In this document: one piece after another, positions 10,963 through 24,392 of the stretch
Numbering within the stretch: the first letter of the stretch is position 1
Layout: each line of letters begins with the position of its first letter
Program-made: the position numbers and the translations under genes
From: Tubulanus polymorphus
Lineage: Eukaryota; Animalia; Nemertea
Length of the DNA: 64,000 bases
Assembly (NCBI RefSeq): GCF_964204645.1
Contig: NC_134027.1
Location: 21,538,560-21,602,559 of the forward strand
Reading direction: 5' to 3'
The notes under the pieces: model-generated
Told to the model about the DNA's origin: nothing
The model's input: only the letters and a program-made list of their open reading frames with translations
The model's database searches: none

Positions 10963-13715
10963 GACCAGTGTATTTCATATTAGATAAATATACACAAATC
11001 TCTTCAAAACGAAAGAATACTTTATTTCATGATATCTTTCAAAAATCACTAGATACAACATGTAAGCGGACAAAAATTGATGGTTCGGCAGTGGGAGTCT
11101 ACTTTTCCATGGGCGTCCCTAGGGGGGTTCGGTAGTAGTTCAAACGAACCCGCTTTTTTTTTTGTTGAATTTTCAAACGTCAACGAACGTCGGCAAATGG
11201 TCTGCATTTGCTAAATTAGCAAAATAAAATCGATACATAGGAAGTAAATGGGAACCAGCGGCCTCAGATCGCACCAGAACGTGCCTGCTTGCACGAATTT
11301 CCAAAAAATATGGGCCGGTTGCATAGTCATGGCTCAGACTTAAGACCAGTCTAAGACCAACTTAGTTCTATAGCTAATCTAACAACTTAAGACCCGTCTT
11401 AAGATTTAAGACCACTTTTGGACTTAAGTCACGACTGTGCAACTGGTCTCTGGGGAAGGTCCCCCAGACCCCCTCTATTCGTAAAAAGGAACTCCCCAAA
11501 AAAAATCCTGGGGACGGCCATGTTTTCATGATTATAGAATAAAACAGTTTAACCTCGTTAATACGATTCTGTATGAGACGAAACCCATTTGTTTCAGTGG
11601 TTTCCAACGAGTCGTAGCTAAGATATTAATATCAATTAAGCTTTGAATAATACAAAACCCATTTAGTACAATGTACAACGATTTTATTTTTGCCCAAAAG
11701 ATTCGTATTAACAAGTTCCACTATGATTTAATTTTGGATTTAGCAGTTTATGGGGAACCAGTTTCACAGGGTTTTCACAGTTGTGTGCACGTTATGCTTG
11801 AAAAATTGAAAACTAACTCGCCCAATATATACCACCCATATCAGTGATTTAGGATTTTTATTTGACGCCTTATAAAACGTTACCATTATGAAACTTAAAC
11901 AATGTTAACCATTCAGCGTCATTTTACAAAACACAACCGTAAATCGATGTGCAAAACGTCACAGGTTTATGTGTACACATACAAGCTATTTGGCAAAATA
12001 TTATTGATAAAGATGTAGAATGGCTCCCTGTGATTATATAATGACCTCTATTTGAACGTCGAAATGTTATATTGCATTGAATATCATGATAAGAGGTATT
12101 GTAATAGTAAAGGATGTATGATTATATCAGGAGCGGCAGGCATAAATAGAAATGATAAGTAAATCGGATTATTCGGTTAAATGGCGGATGTATACACGAT
12201 TTGGAAGTCTGATATAAAAGTCAGACCCTGACATGGGGATGCTAGTGGAATGACGAAGCTTTCTACGATCTGAGTAGGGCCGGCGTGAATTTCATCGGCG
12301 GCTCCAAGCGGTCAATATAAAACGTGTAAACAAATAATTTCAATATTCAAATGTTTTAGAAAATATGTTCGATATTAGGGGTATGCAGGTTTCATGAGAT
12401 TAGCAATCTATAATAGCATAGCTGTCATATACGGCTCCGCGTCCACTGATGGCATGTGTATAAGGTGACAATTCAATTCAATACTTTATTGATCCTTATT
12501 ACATTGAAATTCCGGGATGAAATTCCCAAATTCAATAAAGTTACAAATTTTAGAATAAGAAAATACAAAATACAAGACACATGGGTAATTCACACAGAAT
12601 AACATGAATAAGTTATTTAAATGACGACGTCTACTTCAACCCAGACTCAAGTCTAGGATATCGAGTGACAGCCAAACCGGGCCCCGGGACCGGGCCGGCT
12701 GGCTGGATGAAGCAGACATCAGAAGAGCTCTTTCTTCAACTATGGAGGCAATGAAGTTGCAGACCAGCTTAGAGCATAAGTGAATCGAAGTTGGTCACAA
12801 GTTGACAATTTTTTTTTAATTAGACCAGTCGAAGACTGTATCATCGCCAAATCTCATAAATTTGCAATTCCACATTAGCTTATCCCAGAAATTCTACATT
12901 TTTTCGCAGGCGTCAAATAATTTATTAAAGTTAATTTTCTTGTTGTGACTAGTTCCAATACATAATACTGATGTTCTGGTCTTCGAAAAACCAGGCGTGA
13001 GGGTGGCAGCATTTTTGGGGTTGACTTGTGTTGAGAGAGACTGTAGAACCGAGTCAGAATTATAATATAAATCTCTTGATGAGAGAAGAATATTTTATTC
13101 CACAGCCTGATTTCAAGGTTGAGTCTGGTCCAAATATGTTTTCAATATGCTCCACATCTGTCTTTGTTGACATTAGCCATGATCAGACAAGTGTTTTTGG
13201 CCCGTGCCAAATAAGGCGTGGAACAATTGCTCAAGCGGTGTCAAATTGACCTATGCCTTTTTGGCGTGTCCATAAAAGGACCAGACCTGAGCAAAATATT
13301 CTTATTGGTGAATTTATTGCGTGTGAATTACAACTGCTTCCGGAAATTACTCACTTTGCTTTTTTTAAGCATTCTTTAATATCAAGCAACTGGTTTGCGT
13401 GCGATAATAAGCACATCCAAAATTTGACTTCGGCCTGATCGATGCTAATTCGGCCCAAATCGTCTCTGTGTGATCACGGCTAATATATTGTATTGCCTAG
13501 ACAGTGTCTACAACAAACGATTTTGCCTCTGAATTTTGTAGTAATTGATTATAGAGTGCAATTTCATATAACAACAAACTTCAGGGCCCCAGAAAATCTG
13601 TTCGTTATAACCGAAAGTTAGTTATGTCCAGCATACAATCATCCTACTTGGGACGAACTTCTGAATCTGTAACAACAGATATATCATATCTGAGATTATA
13701 ATGAGGTTCTACTGT

Positions 13716-14420
13716 GGGTGTCACTAAACCTAAGACCCCCTAAACCTAAGACCTAAGACCCGTTAAGACCTGACTCTAAATCATTATTTGTGTACTTTAG
13801 ACTATTCAAAATGGTTCTAATATATAGATATTAGTTAAAATGATCCATCGATGGCCCATTTAAATTAGGTTTATTTATCAGAGACGAGATATTTGAGGGT
13901 CTTAGGTTTAGTATATTATATATAGGTGTCACTAAACCTAAGACCCATAAACCTAAGACCCGACTCTAAATCATTATTTGTGTACGTTAGACTATTCAAA
14001 ATGGTTCTAATATATAGATATTAGTTAAAATGATCCATCGATGGCCTATTTAAATTTGGTTCATTTATCAGAGACGAGATATTTGGGGGTCTTAGGTTTA
14101 TGGGTCTTAGGTTTAGTATATTATATATAGGTGTCACTAAACCTAAGACCCATAAACCTAAGACCCGACTCTAAATCATTATTTGTGTACTTTAGACTAT
14201 TCGAAATGGTTCTAATATATAGATATTAGTTAAAATGATCCATCGATGGCCTATTTAAATTTGGTTCATTTATCAGAGACGAGATATTTGGGGGTCTTAG
14301 GTTTATGGGTCTTAGGTTTAGTATATTATATATAGGTGTCACTAAACCTAAGACCCATAAACATAAGACCTAACGGGTCTTAGGTCTTAGGTTTAGGGGG
14401 TCTTAGGTTTAGTGACACCC
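13716..14420. mobile_element. Mutator-like non-autonomous element with 10-bp TSD and internal 205-bp tandem array
   Basis: TIRs GGGTGTCACTAAACCTAAGACCCCCTAAACC...; gttctactgt at 13706-13715 and 14421-14430; internal period 205 bp (tataggtgtcact at 13921, 14126, 14331). Confidence 0.85.
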
Positions 14421-14752
14421 GTTCTACTGTACACAGTTGAGGGACCCTTCAAATAGTACCTACACATCCATGTTAGAAATTGATCAATATTGGCCATTTC
14501 AGCCGATTCAATTGGTAGAAAACATGTGTACGTACTATTTATATGGTTCGTTAGTCAGGCGTGGATTCAGGTGCTCTGGGTGCTGGAGAATCTCCCCTTT
14601 TGGAAATCATCGCTACATTTCAAAGTACCGTTATATTTCAAACATACAAGATGATCAAGTAGTGCCTAAAAACACTCGGAATGCATGAAATTTAGACCAA
14701 ATTGAAAATTTTCAGGATGATCACAGTTAATCCTGGATTCGACCCTGCTAGT

Positions 14753-17700
14753 TTAATCTATATCACTGCCAAATGAATCGTCGTTCGACGTTGATTTACA
14801 AAGCGATTCGTTTATCGGACTTTTCATGATGACGTTTTGAAATCGTTTCTTCAACGCGACCGTCACCAGATTCGTTGGATCGTCGATCGAATAGCGTTTC
14901 GCCTGTCTGATCGGAGTGCCACCTGGTGAATGAATTCCCGGCGTACTTCGTAACGATGTTTTGCCGCTGGTGATGTGCTTTTTAAGTTCGTCGCCGAGAA
15001 GCGGTTTTCTAGTCAACGTCGACGGCAAACTTTGTCTACGAGATAAGACGCTGTTTTTTATAGCTGTGCCTAACTTTCTAGTACTTAACGGTGTCACGTT
15101 GAGGTGAACACTAGGTGGCGGCACCGGTGGAGGTCGAGGAACTGCAGGTACGGGAGGTGGTATAGGTATTATAGATGGCGCTGTAGGCGAAGTTTGACAA
15201 GCCATATCGGTACTACATTCGGCGGCGTCGAGTTTTCGTTTTTTGGCCTTCGGTTCGAAATTATCTCCAGATGGCGCTGAAATGTCATTGTGATCGCAAT
15301 ATTCCTTAACGTATTTCGAACATTGAATAAGACTGAGTCGAAGCGACGTCTTCAACGATGACGTATCCAAGTTGTCTATCTGCGCGAATAAACCCATGAT
15401 TTCTCCTAGATGCCGATTCAGTCTGTCGTCATTTTCCTGAAATACGGCAGAAACGGCTTTTATACAGTAGAAACACCGGCTTAAATTCCGATTAGGGATC
15501 ATTCATTTATTACGTACGCATAAAATTTGATTTTTTCAACCCCCCTTCCCCTCTGTACACAAAATCGGCCATGTTTTTATATATATTAAGCATTACACTA
15601 TGCAATTGCACTGACCCCTCCCCCCTCCCCATATGCGTACATTATAAATGAATTACCCTTTATTTGGGACCGATGAAATAAATCTGGTTTTTTTTAGTAA
15701 TCTGGATTTTGCATGATATTTTACATGCATTTGCGTATTCAGTCAATCTCTGTAATAGCGCCATCCTTTTCAATGCCACTGCCGGTGTAAAAAGTCAAAA
15801 TTTCAAATTCAATGGAAATACCATAGCGCCAAATTTGGTAAAATGTTTTTATTGGTCCAAACAGTTTCATTACTAAGGACTTTAAGTTATACTGGTGATG
15901 GACCATTGATAATATCCAAATAAGATCAGATTTGACCGTATATACGTACAAACAAAATATATGTAGTTCAGATGCGTAGTCTTATATACTTTTTGAAAAT
16001 GATAAAATGTCGAAAGTCTGGCATCATAAGTTCTCTTTTAAATAAAAATTTTGTGGGTGAAATCCTTGACCTTGACGATATGAAACTGAGGTTAATAATT
16101 GATGATCAAGTAAGTATCAAATATCCGATGGGGTGGTGGGTCCAGACAAACCGGCCTTGTTGACATATTTCACCGAGGTGATGCGCTGAAGAGATTTTTC
16201 TGAACAAATGGTGGCAATAATTTTTAGCGGTTTTCTTGACCAGTACTGAGAGTCTACTGTAGATTAAAAAATTTGGTGCTATTTGTTAACGCCGTTTAAA
16301 ATGTTAGAACGTACTTTTCCGATTCGCCGTTTGAGTAAAACATCTCTTTCTTTGACTAACGTGATCCATTCATCTACTAATTTCTCATCCTCATTCGCTG
16401 TTCACAAGAAAATGAAATACATTATAAGCGTCTACAACAAGAATGGTTAAAATGTACTCCCAAAATATGATCAACTCAGTGGAACCTTGTCACAACGAAT
16501 ACCAGTGGACTAGAAAATCTCCGGGGCAAGTTGCTCTTAAGGCCACACTAAAAGAAAATCCTGTTTCTCGGGCAGGGCAATCACCAAAATGGGTAGGACA
16601 TTTTTTTGTCTTTTTATAGAAAAAAGATATCGTTTATTCTTCTATCAGTGGGTAGGTTGCCGTAAATAATTTTTACTGGACTAAATTTTTAGTCAAGAAT
16701 ATGATTAACAGCTAGTAGACCACAATAATAAAAGGAAATTGAGGTGTTTGTACAATTAACTATAAAAAAAACTATATTTTGAACAGATTTCAGGGAATTC
16801 CTGGAATTTTATAATCCAAGGTCGCCATCAAAGTCCGATTAGCAAAGTTGTCTGAGCATGGCTGAGCCATTTCCAGAATCAAATTTTAAATCCGATATAA
16901 TACAATTTTTTTATGATGTTGATCTAAGTGCCGACATCACGATTTGGTAAAAAAAAATATTTATGAGAAAGGAGTTTGGTAGTCGGTCAGCCACACATAT
17001 ATTTTTGAAAAAAGTTGTTTCACTTAAAATTTTGAAAAAGGGTCGGTAGGCAATTATATTTTATTCTGAAAATGATTATTTGAAATGGGGAAATATCGGG
17101 TCGGTCGGGCCCGAGAAACAGGGTTTTCTTTTGGTGTGGCCTAAAAGTTGGTTAAAGCGAACACTGGTGGATGAATGCCAGAGAGTGGCAGGGATCAGAT
17201 TGATGAACTCAAGAACATTCACATGAAAATCCTAATAATCGGCTTATTTCATCTTTTGCACAGCATAATACCAGGATTTTTCGCAAAATTTCATATCAAG
17301 GTACAATAACATAACTTTCTATCACAGCCTAGATCTCCCTATTTTTGTTATCATCAAGGCTTTGTGTATTGTGTTCAGGATCTCAATGCAGACATGACTG
17401 ATTGAAATAAACTAAAACAACAAGAATTAGTCATCAACATACTTTCAATTTACTGATTAATCTTTGTAATCGTGTTTTCGCAATTTTCTTGATAAACTGT
17501 AGAGTGGCAGATTATTATTAAGGGCTGTCCGTTGATTACTCTAAGCTCTCATACAGCGAAAAAGTGTCTTGCAACTAGTTGTCTCCAGTTACTTTGTCGA
17601 TGTACTCTAGGCTTTAAGCTATCTATCAAAATTGGACCAGGGGCTGGTTGCGCAAAGGTTGGTTAAAGAATAGTAACAATGGACTTTTAATTGTCACAAC

Positions 17701-19125
17701 TTTTCAGACACTGGCTCCAGGCCAATACCAAACTAAATCACAATCGGGTTTCATGACTACCTTACCTAAGCTTCCTAGCTGCGACTTGTCCGGTAATGAA
17801 TTCAGAATTTCTACTCTGCGCTTCTCTAATTTCTCATGTCTCTCATTCAATGATGATTCTGTATCTGTTTGCCAGTGATACAAACCTGCAATTTCAAAAT
17901 AATCTGACGCGGAACGGTGCATCATTCAGGGAATCATTTAGCCTACATTACAGGCTTCCTTACGTTCTCAAGGTGTTTAAATGAAAAACGGTTCGGGGTC
18001 ATTCATTTATTACATACGCATTAGGGGAGAGGGAGGGGTCAGTGCAATTGCGTACTGCAATGCTTAATGTATATGAAAAATGGCCGATTTTGCGTACAAA
18101 GGGGGAGGGGGTGAAAAATTCAAATTTTATGCGTACATAATAAATGAATGATCCCTTCAGTATGTTTCGAATGTTTTGAAGTGTTGTACGGTAATCAATT
18201 GAAACAACAAACCAATTCATAGATTTACGTTGAACTGGATGCTCGTGGTATTCATGGCATACTTGTTAGGGCTTTAAATTGCATATGGAATTATTACCAT
18301 GGCATCACACAGCAGGACCGTACATAGTATTTGAATTGGGGGAGGGAGTTCTATTGGATATAACACTTTCCCAAACTTCCTGAGGGGGAGCACAGGGGCT
18401 CGTATCAGAGTTGTAGGTAGTGTTAAAAGGATAATCTGTTAATCCAGTGTCTATATAATATGTGTAAAAAAACATAGTAATATAATCGATCCTTCGTCGA
18501 TCGATCGAAGAGAGACGAAAAATTATTTGATTTTATCTGTGTGGTTATATTATATTCATCGGTCACCAGTTTTTGAGTTGGTCAGTATCCAATTTTATTT
18601 GGTCGGTATTGGTAAAGTTACTTTCGGTCGGTATCATAGTTTACTTTTTGTGTACTAATTTTACTTTTGGTCGGTATTGGACGGCTTTTGGTTGGTATCA
18701 GACGGTTTTGGTCAGTATTGGACTGGACAGTTTTGGTCGGTATTTAGAACCACCCGCTCAGAGATCCTGTTTAGATTTTGTGGAAACAACCCCAAGATCA
18801 AAATTTTCTTTTGACTGGGTGACTTGGGTATGCTAGGGTGTGTTTGTGATTGTGACTGTCAGACTTGTGCAGTAGAGAGTAGGCCCTAAGGCAAACCGGC
18901 AAAGGCAAGCCGCAAACAACCAGGAAAGTTATCAGATATAGACTATAGTTGCAAATCGCCCGCCCGGTTCATTCTTATTTTGTCAGCAGTTGAAATTAAT
19001 TGGATCGGAAGTGTGTAAGACTATAGATCAGAATTTGATGTATAAATGATACTGATACCTTGTTTATCGGCCTTTTTGCCGAGCGAAATTATGCTCGAAT
19101 TTGCCTCCATGCTCTCCATGGTCAT
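14753..19125 (-). CDS. Uncharacterised ~317-aa protein with bMERB-like helical N-part, polyproline tract and PRR11/MTFR-like C-terminal motif; exons 19125-19059, 17885-17766, 16397-16315, 15436-14753
   Basis: Four GT-AG exons with compatible phases (1,1,0) give one ORF. Motifs LNERHEKLEKRRVEI..EDEKLVDEWITLVKERDVLLKR, PPPVPAVPRPPPVPPP and HSPGGTP..LVTVALKKRFQ. Confidence 0.7.
15495..15659. mobile_element. Tourist/Harbinger-like MITE family B (~160 bp); further copies at ~17995-18155 and ~21240-21404
   Basis: TIR ggg(a/g)tcattcatttattac(g/a)tacgca; three copies in the window. Confidence 0.8.
16541..17141. mobile_element. Harbinger/Tourist-like MITE with TAA TSD
   Basis: taa|ggccacactaaaagaaaatcctgtttctcgggc ... 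gcccgagaaacagggttttcttttggtgtggcc|taa. Confidence 0.85.
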
Positions 19126-19201
19126 CGACCTTCGTCCTGATGATTATCGCGCACTCCAGAAAATGTCGTCTCAACCGAAAATTTTCATCCAAGATGGCGG
19201 C
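19126..19201. promoter_or_regulatory. Very short divergent (bidirectional) promoter/5'UTR region with a YY1-type motif
   Basis: 68 nt separate the predicted opposing start codons (19125 minus, 19194 plus). CAAGATGGCGGC at 19190-19201 overlaps the MRPL46 ATG. Confidence 0.55.
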
Positions 19202-19488
19202 CTCCATGTCTTCGCGGATTTTGAAGAATTTCAACAGTAAAATCTACAAAACCTGGCTTAAACACGGTAATAATGAAAAGTATTTCAATCCAAAATGTAA
19301 AAGTAAATTATATGTGATTTTGAAACGACCATTTAAGAAGAAAATGTTAATAATTGTTGCTTGGAATTTATGTTTTACTCCGTTCTTTCGTTTGTGGATG
19401 TACTAATTACCGAAATGAAATGAATAGTACGGTCATATCAATCAATACTAATGCCGAACCCAGTACACAACACACTTATGACGACTTA

Positions 19489-19521
<33 letters not shown>

Positions 19522-22500
19522 TCACGGACGGAAGGTCTGGTGCTACTGCCACTGGTGGTGGCTAGTCTGAAAACCAATCGTTATTACGTATACATTTAAT
19601 CGACCAAATAACCGCTCATTTACCGCAAAGGCCAATAGTGGTACGGTTCCCTCAAACAACGTCTCGTCGTCTGACGCATAAGTGCCATAAAGAGGTTAAC
19701 TCCTGTTTTTTGCAATGCAACAACTGATTTTAGCATCAAATCAAACCTATGTACTTAAATAAATTAATTATTTACCTTGTTGACTTTGAAGACTTGTTTT
19801 ATAATAATATTTTTGATGATTTAAATTGGGAACCGGAGAATTTATTGATTTGATTTGAATTGAATTAATTGCCACAATCGGGGTTGTTTGTTGAACGACG
19901 GCTTGGTACCAGACTAGGTGGTGGCCTATTATTGGTGTCCAGCTTGTTTGTTGATTAATATTGGTTTAGTTGACAGGGTGGGTCCTCCTTATATACAGTG
20001 CCGACCCTCAGTGCCATGCAAATGCAAATACTCTTTCGGCGTTTGCTCGAAATTGACTAACAAGCATAGAGTATGGAGCGGTTTGTTCATATTGCCAGCA
20101 AATCAGGAACTGTGTCATTCCCATGTGCCAGAGTGCATATATCTTATTGAAAATGAAGGTATATATTTATATCAGGCACTGGTGACAGAACAGAGGTTTA
20201 ATTCATAGCTGGCACTCAACGTGTTTAATGGCCAGCGTAGATGGACAGCTGAACTTAAGCTGTCCGTTAGAATACGGATATTCCAAGTTCTGAATAAAAG
20301 AAAAAATCTATTGCGTATTTTTCTAGGGATCAGGAAAGCTTCGGCAGTGACTGATGAAGCTCCCGTTCAAAAATGGAAATTATGCAGTGCAGTTTGTGTG
20401 GAGAGATATCCAGTGATAACCGCACCGATGAATACATTGGAGACGAAATGTGCAGAACTCATGAGTCAATTAGAGTTAGAAAATAGCGTACTGTCCAATC
20501 ACGAAATCCAACACAAGGAAGATTTGTGAGTGCATCGGTTTTTTTTAATGATCATTATTCAAAATGTATTTATTAAGCAGAGAGAATCCCACAATGATAA
20601 CAAAAAACGGTCGGAAAATGTTACTGGAGCTAGTAGTTTATTCGACGTTTCAACTATGTTCTAATAGCCATTTTCAGGTATTAATTCGAATATTGTCGAC
20701 ACATCGGATACACTACTAGCTCCAGTAACATTTTTGGACTGTTTTTCGTTATTTTTGTGGGATTTCCTCTACATTATCGTCACAACACTGATATGGTGTT
20801 TTATCAATCGTATTTATTAGATTTACTTTTTTAATTTACTACTTTGACGCCTCTTCGCAGGCATAGTACATTCTACATCACATTGTATGAACATCACAAT
20901 GTATGACCTCTAGTTAGTGACCTAATCGTTAGTGATAAGGTTTTCAGATGCAGCTGATAGGGAATACAGTTACATCGATAAGTTTAATTTGGATTTTGAC
21001 CTAATCTGGATATTGTTTCATGGTCCACCTATAAGTGTATGAAAAATACAGTCAAACCCATTTAATTCAAATCATTTTAATCTTGTGTTTTGGTAAAAAG
21101 GTAATACAATAAATATTTTCTCGAGTTATCCCACAAAATTATACGTATGGCTTGGGTTTAGTCAACCAGTCGTCATAAGATTTAATATCTTTTCGCTGTA
21201 TCCAGGTCAAAGTCTAGTTAAGTTGTTACGATCTAGTCAGGGGTTATTCATTTATTACGTACGCATTAGGGGAGGGGGAGGGGTCAGTGCAATTTCATAC
21301 TCTAATGCTTAATGTTTATGAAAAAATGATCGATTTTGCGTACAGAGGGGGAGGTGGAGTTGGATAATTCAAATTTTATGCATTCGTAATAAATTAATGA
21401 TCCCTCATCTGTTTTTCTGATTAGTTCAATGTGTAACTGGGCTTGGTGCATCACATTTCCACGGTTGAGATTTCAATTTGGCTTTTCAGTTACTCAATCG
21501 TAGCTTCTAGTTTTAACTCGGAATTGTGGGGCCCGGATCTGTTGTTAACGCGATCTCAGAGGGAGTACCCGTAAAATCACCTCCTTATCGGGAAAAGTCT
21601 TTTCATTTCAACGTAGGAAAATTGCGGAAAAGAAGAAATTGGGCGATGAGGATTTTGGCGAAGTGATAATTCAAACTCGGTTAGATTTAGAGGACATTTG
21701 GGAACACGAATTGCAGAAGTTCTCGCCGGCGCCCCGCACTACCGGTACCAAATGGAAAATTCATCGTCATCATCATCAGAAGTTATGATAGAGAAAATCA
21801 TCGCGAAATATTTCCGATCTCATTTCAGAATCTGATAAAACGAACGATTTAAAATCCACAGACCGGAAACTAGATCGGAAACTAGTGCTACTAGTCAAAC
21901 AAAAACTCGGCGCTAATTACCATTGGATTTTTCCGCAAAAAGATTTAACCGACGACGAAGACTCAATGAGAGAGGTATCATTTTATTATGCGGGGTTATG
22001 TAGCCAAAAATTGTTCTTTGCAAACAGGACTGTCTGTGCAAATAATGGAACTGTCCGCTGCATGCTGGGCAAAAAAAATGTCCGTGCAAATAGGACAAAA
22101 ATTGTCTGTATGAACAAGAAAAAAAATAGGGAATGTAGAATGATGAATTCCCTAATAAACTCCTGGCACAGGGGTAGCATAACCGGCCAGCTGCGAAATA
22201 GATTTAACTAACCGTGGAACCTGGTTACAATGAACCTCGGGAGATGAGAAAATATGTTTTTGACAACCAATAGTTCATTATTTTATGCAATATGAAATTA
22301 TTAAACAGTCGTGTTGGAACTGCAATGATCGCCAATAGTGATCTGAATGGCGTTTTTTTTTTTTTTTTCTTTGAAAACCATGTTCTTGAAGTATTCACTG
22401 CGGCAAAAATCAGCAATTTGCCGAGGCAATCAATTGCTTACAATGCGCCTGTTGAAATTTGTGATTAAATGTGATATTTGGGAAAGAATTCTAGCTTCGT

Positions 22501-23601
22501 AATCACACCGCAAAAAAATCATTACATTTGAGGTCGTTACAAGGAGTATCCAACTGTACATAAGTTACCAGGGCTGTACCTAGCATTTGAATATTATTTT
22601 GGGGGGGGGCAGAGCATCCCGAAAATGGGACGTTCTATTGGATAAAGCAATAACATTTGCAAAATGGGCACTTTGCTAAAATATCTGGGGGCAACTAAGT
22701 GCGGCCCTGGTTAGTGATAGATGTCTAAAAAATTTATTTTTTTACGGATTTATTTGAAACATTTTTTCAGCAAATGTCGCACAATCAAGTTTGTTGCACA
22801 GTACACGTGACGATAATATTTTGTTAATTTCTTCCCTCTAGGTCGCTGACAACGCGTTGATTCAGAATTGCGGTGAACAAATGAAAACTCAGATATTTGG
22901 AAATGCTCCTTGCGGATTTCACAAATACAAATACGGAGCAGGGAAATTAGTGGATGACACTATCGGTTCAAAGGTAATTTCGAGAATTTAGAGGCTTTCC
23001 GTCAATTGGTCAGACTAGCGCCTAGAATCCTATAGAAAAAGGAAGGAATCATGGCGTTATCTCAGGGAATTATTGTGAAAGATGTCAAAAATCACTCTGT
23101 TTCAAAAAAACTTCTGGCAACCAGCAAAACTGTTTGTCAAAGTAGAACTCGCTTAATTCAGATTTTTATTCGGATAAAATATTCGGGCCATTAACCTGGA
23201 ACCGTGATCTAAGCTATAATTCATAATTCGGATTTCACTTAATTCGACGAAATCCGGGCAGTTCCAATTAAAGTGAGTTCTACTGCATATCCAGCAACAA
23301 GTATACCGGTATCACATTTTCTTATACGGGTCCAAATCTTTTGGTTGGTTCTATCCCATAAGTTATGGCGCACAAATGTTTTTATCAATGTTCCACTGTT
23401 TTAAGAATGGTTTCATACGAAATTAGAATCCTCTCCGTTTCTTCGTAGGTATTTTTCTTCAAAGCTCAGTTGAGAGATGGAAATGTAACGATCAACGACG
23501 GCACAATCGCCGACTATGTTTGGATTCCTAAAGAAGAACTGGAAGATTATCTATTGCCGTCGTATTTAAAATCAGTGAATAAATTTTTATTGGATTTATA
23601 G
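19194..23601 (+). CDS. MRPL46: Mitochondrial ribosomal protein L46 (mL46); exons 19194-19266, 20327-20525, 21617-21744, 21829-21974, 22842-22973, 23449-23601
   Basis: Transit-like MAASMSSRILK; motifs WKLCSAVCVERYPVI..ELENSVLSNHE, DLEDIWE, DLKSTDRKLDRKLVLLVKQKLG..WIFPQ, FGNAPCGFHKY and KVFFFKA..DYVW; splice phases compatible. Confidence 0.92.
20580..20770. mobile_element. Solo inverted Penelope-like terminal repeat with a degenerate minimal hammerhead
   Basis: Similar to 52920-53020. 20580-20640 is inverted at 20710-20770. Minus strand reads CTGAAAAT-ggctat..atagtt-GAAACGTC. Confidence 0.65.
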
Positions 23602-24392
23602 CAGACTTTGAGAGATGTTGCCGGAAATATGCAGTATGTGTTGATAATCACAGCTTTATTAAATGACAATATTAATGTACCATAGTCTTGTATAGTTTGT
23701 GTAAAATAAAAGGATCAAATACTTGGAAAAATGCGGAAAGTTTCTTTATTGTCGTGATTCTTCAGTTGAAAAAGGTCACTGAAGTAGTAGGATGAGGAAA
23801 TATTTAGAGGGCTCAAGATCTCGGATTGTTTATATTGTTAAATTTTTATTTCTATGGATTTTCCACAAGGACCTGACACAAAAAGTTTTGACCCCAGTCT
23901 CCTAGGTACTATATATACAAGGACTTTTCATATAAAGTACCTAGAATACTAGAGGGTAAAAATCCGCCTTTAAGTCCTTGTGGGATTCTTCGGAACAGAT
24001 TTCAACGAAGAAATGTTAACCCCGCCAACAAGAATGTCGAGAAGGAAAATTTTTGAGTTCTCATGATTTCTTATCTAAATTCGAAAGTGGATATTTTTCA
24101 AAATTAGATTGTTTTGAGATTCCTTCCACGTCTCCGAAAAAATCCCTGCCGGTTTCTTTACCACCTAGGAAAAAAAATCGTTACAAAGCGGCGGTTTTCA
24201 TCCTAGGAAAAGTAAAGGTAGTTTCTAGATTGCTGTGTAGATGGCGCTAAATATACGGAAGTAAATCAAAACAAATCCCTGGGAATTTTATATTTTCCCC
24301 AAAAGAAAAAACCCATTTAGGCCTTGATGGCGTCCGCGACGGTTATCAGTTTTAGTATAAGTGTATGATTGTTGTGAGGTAGAACCAGAACA

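Noticed and set aside
17442-17497. Extra 54-nt exon of the proline-rich gene
   Set aside because: Open only in phase 0, incompatible with the phase-1 junction between the flanking exons.
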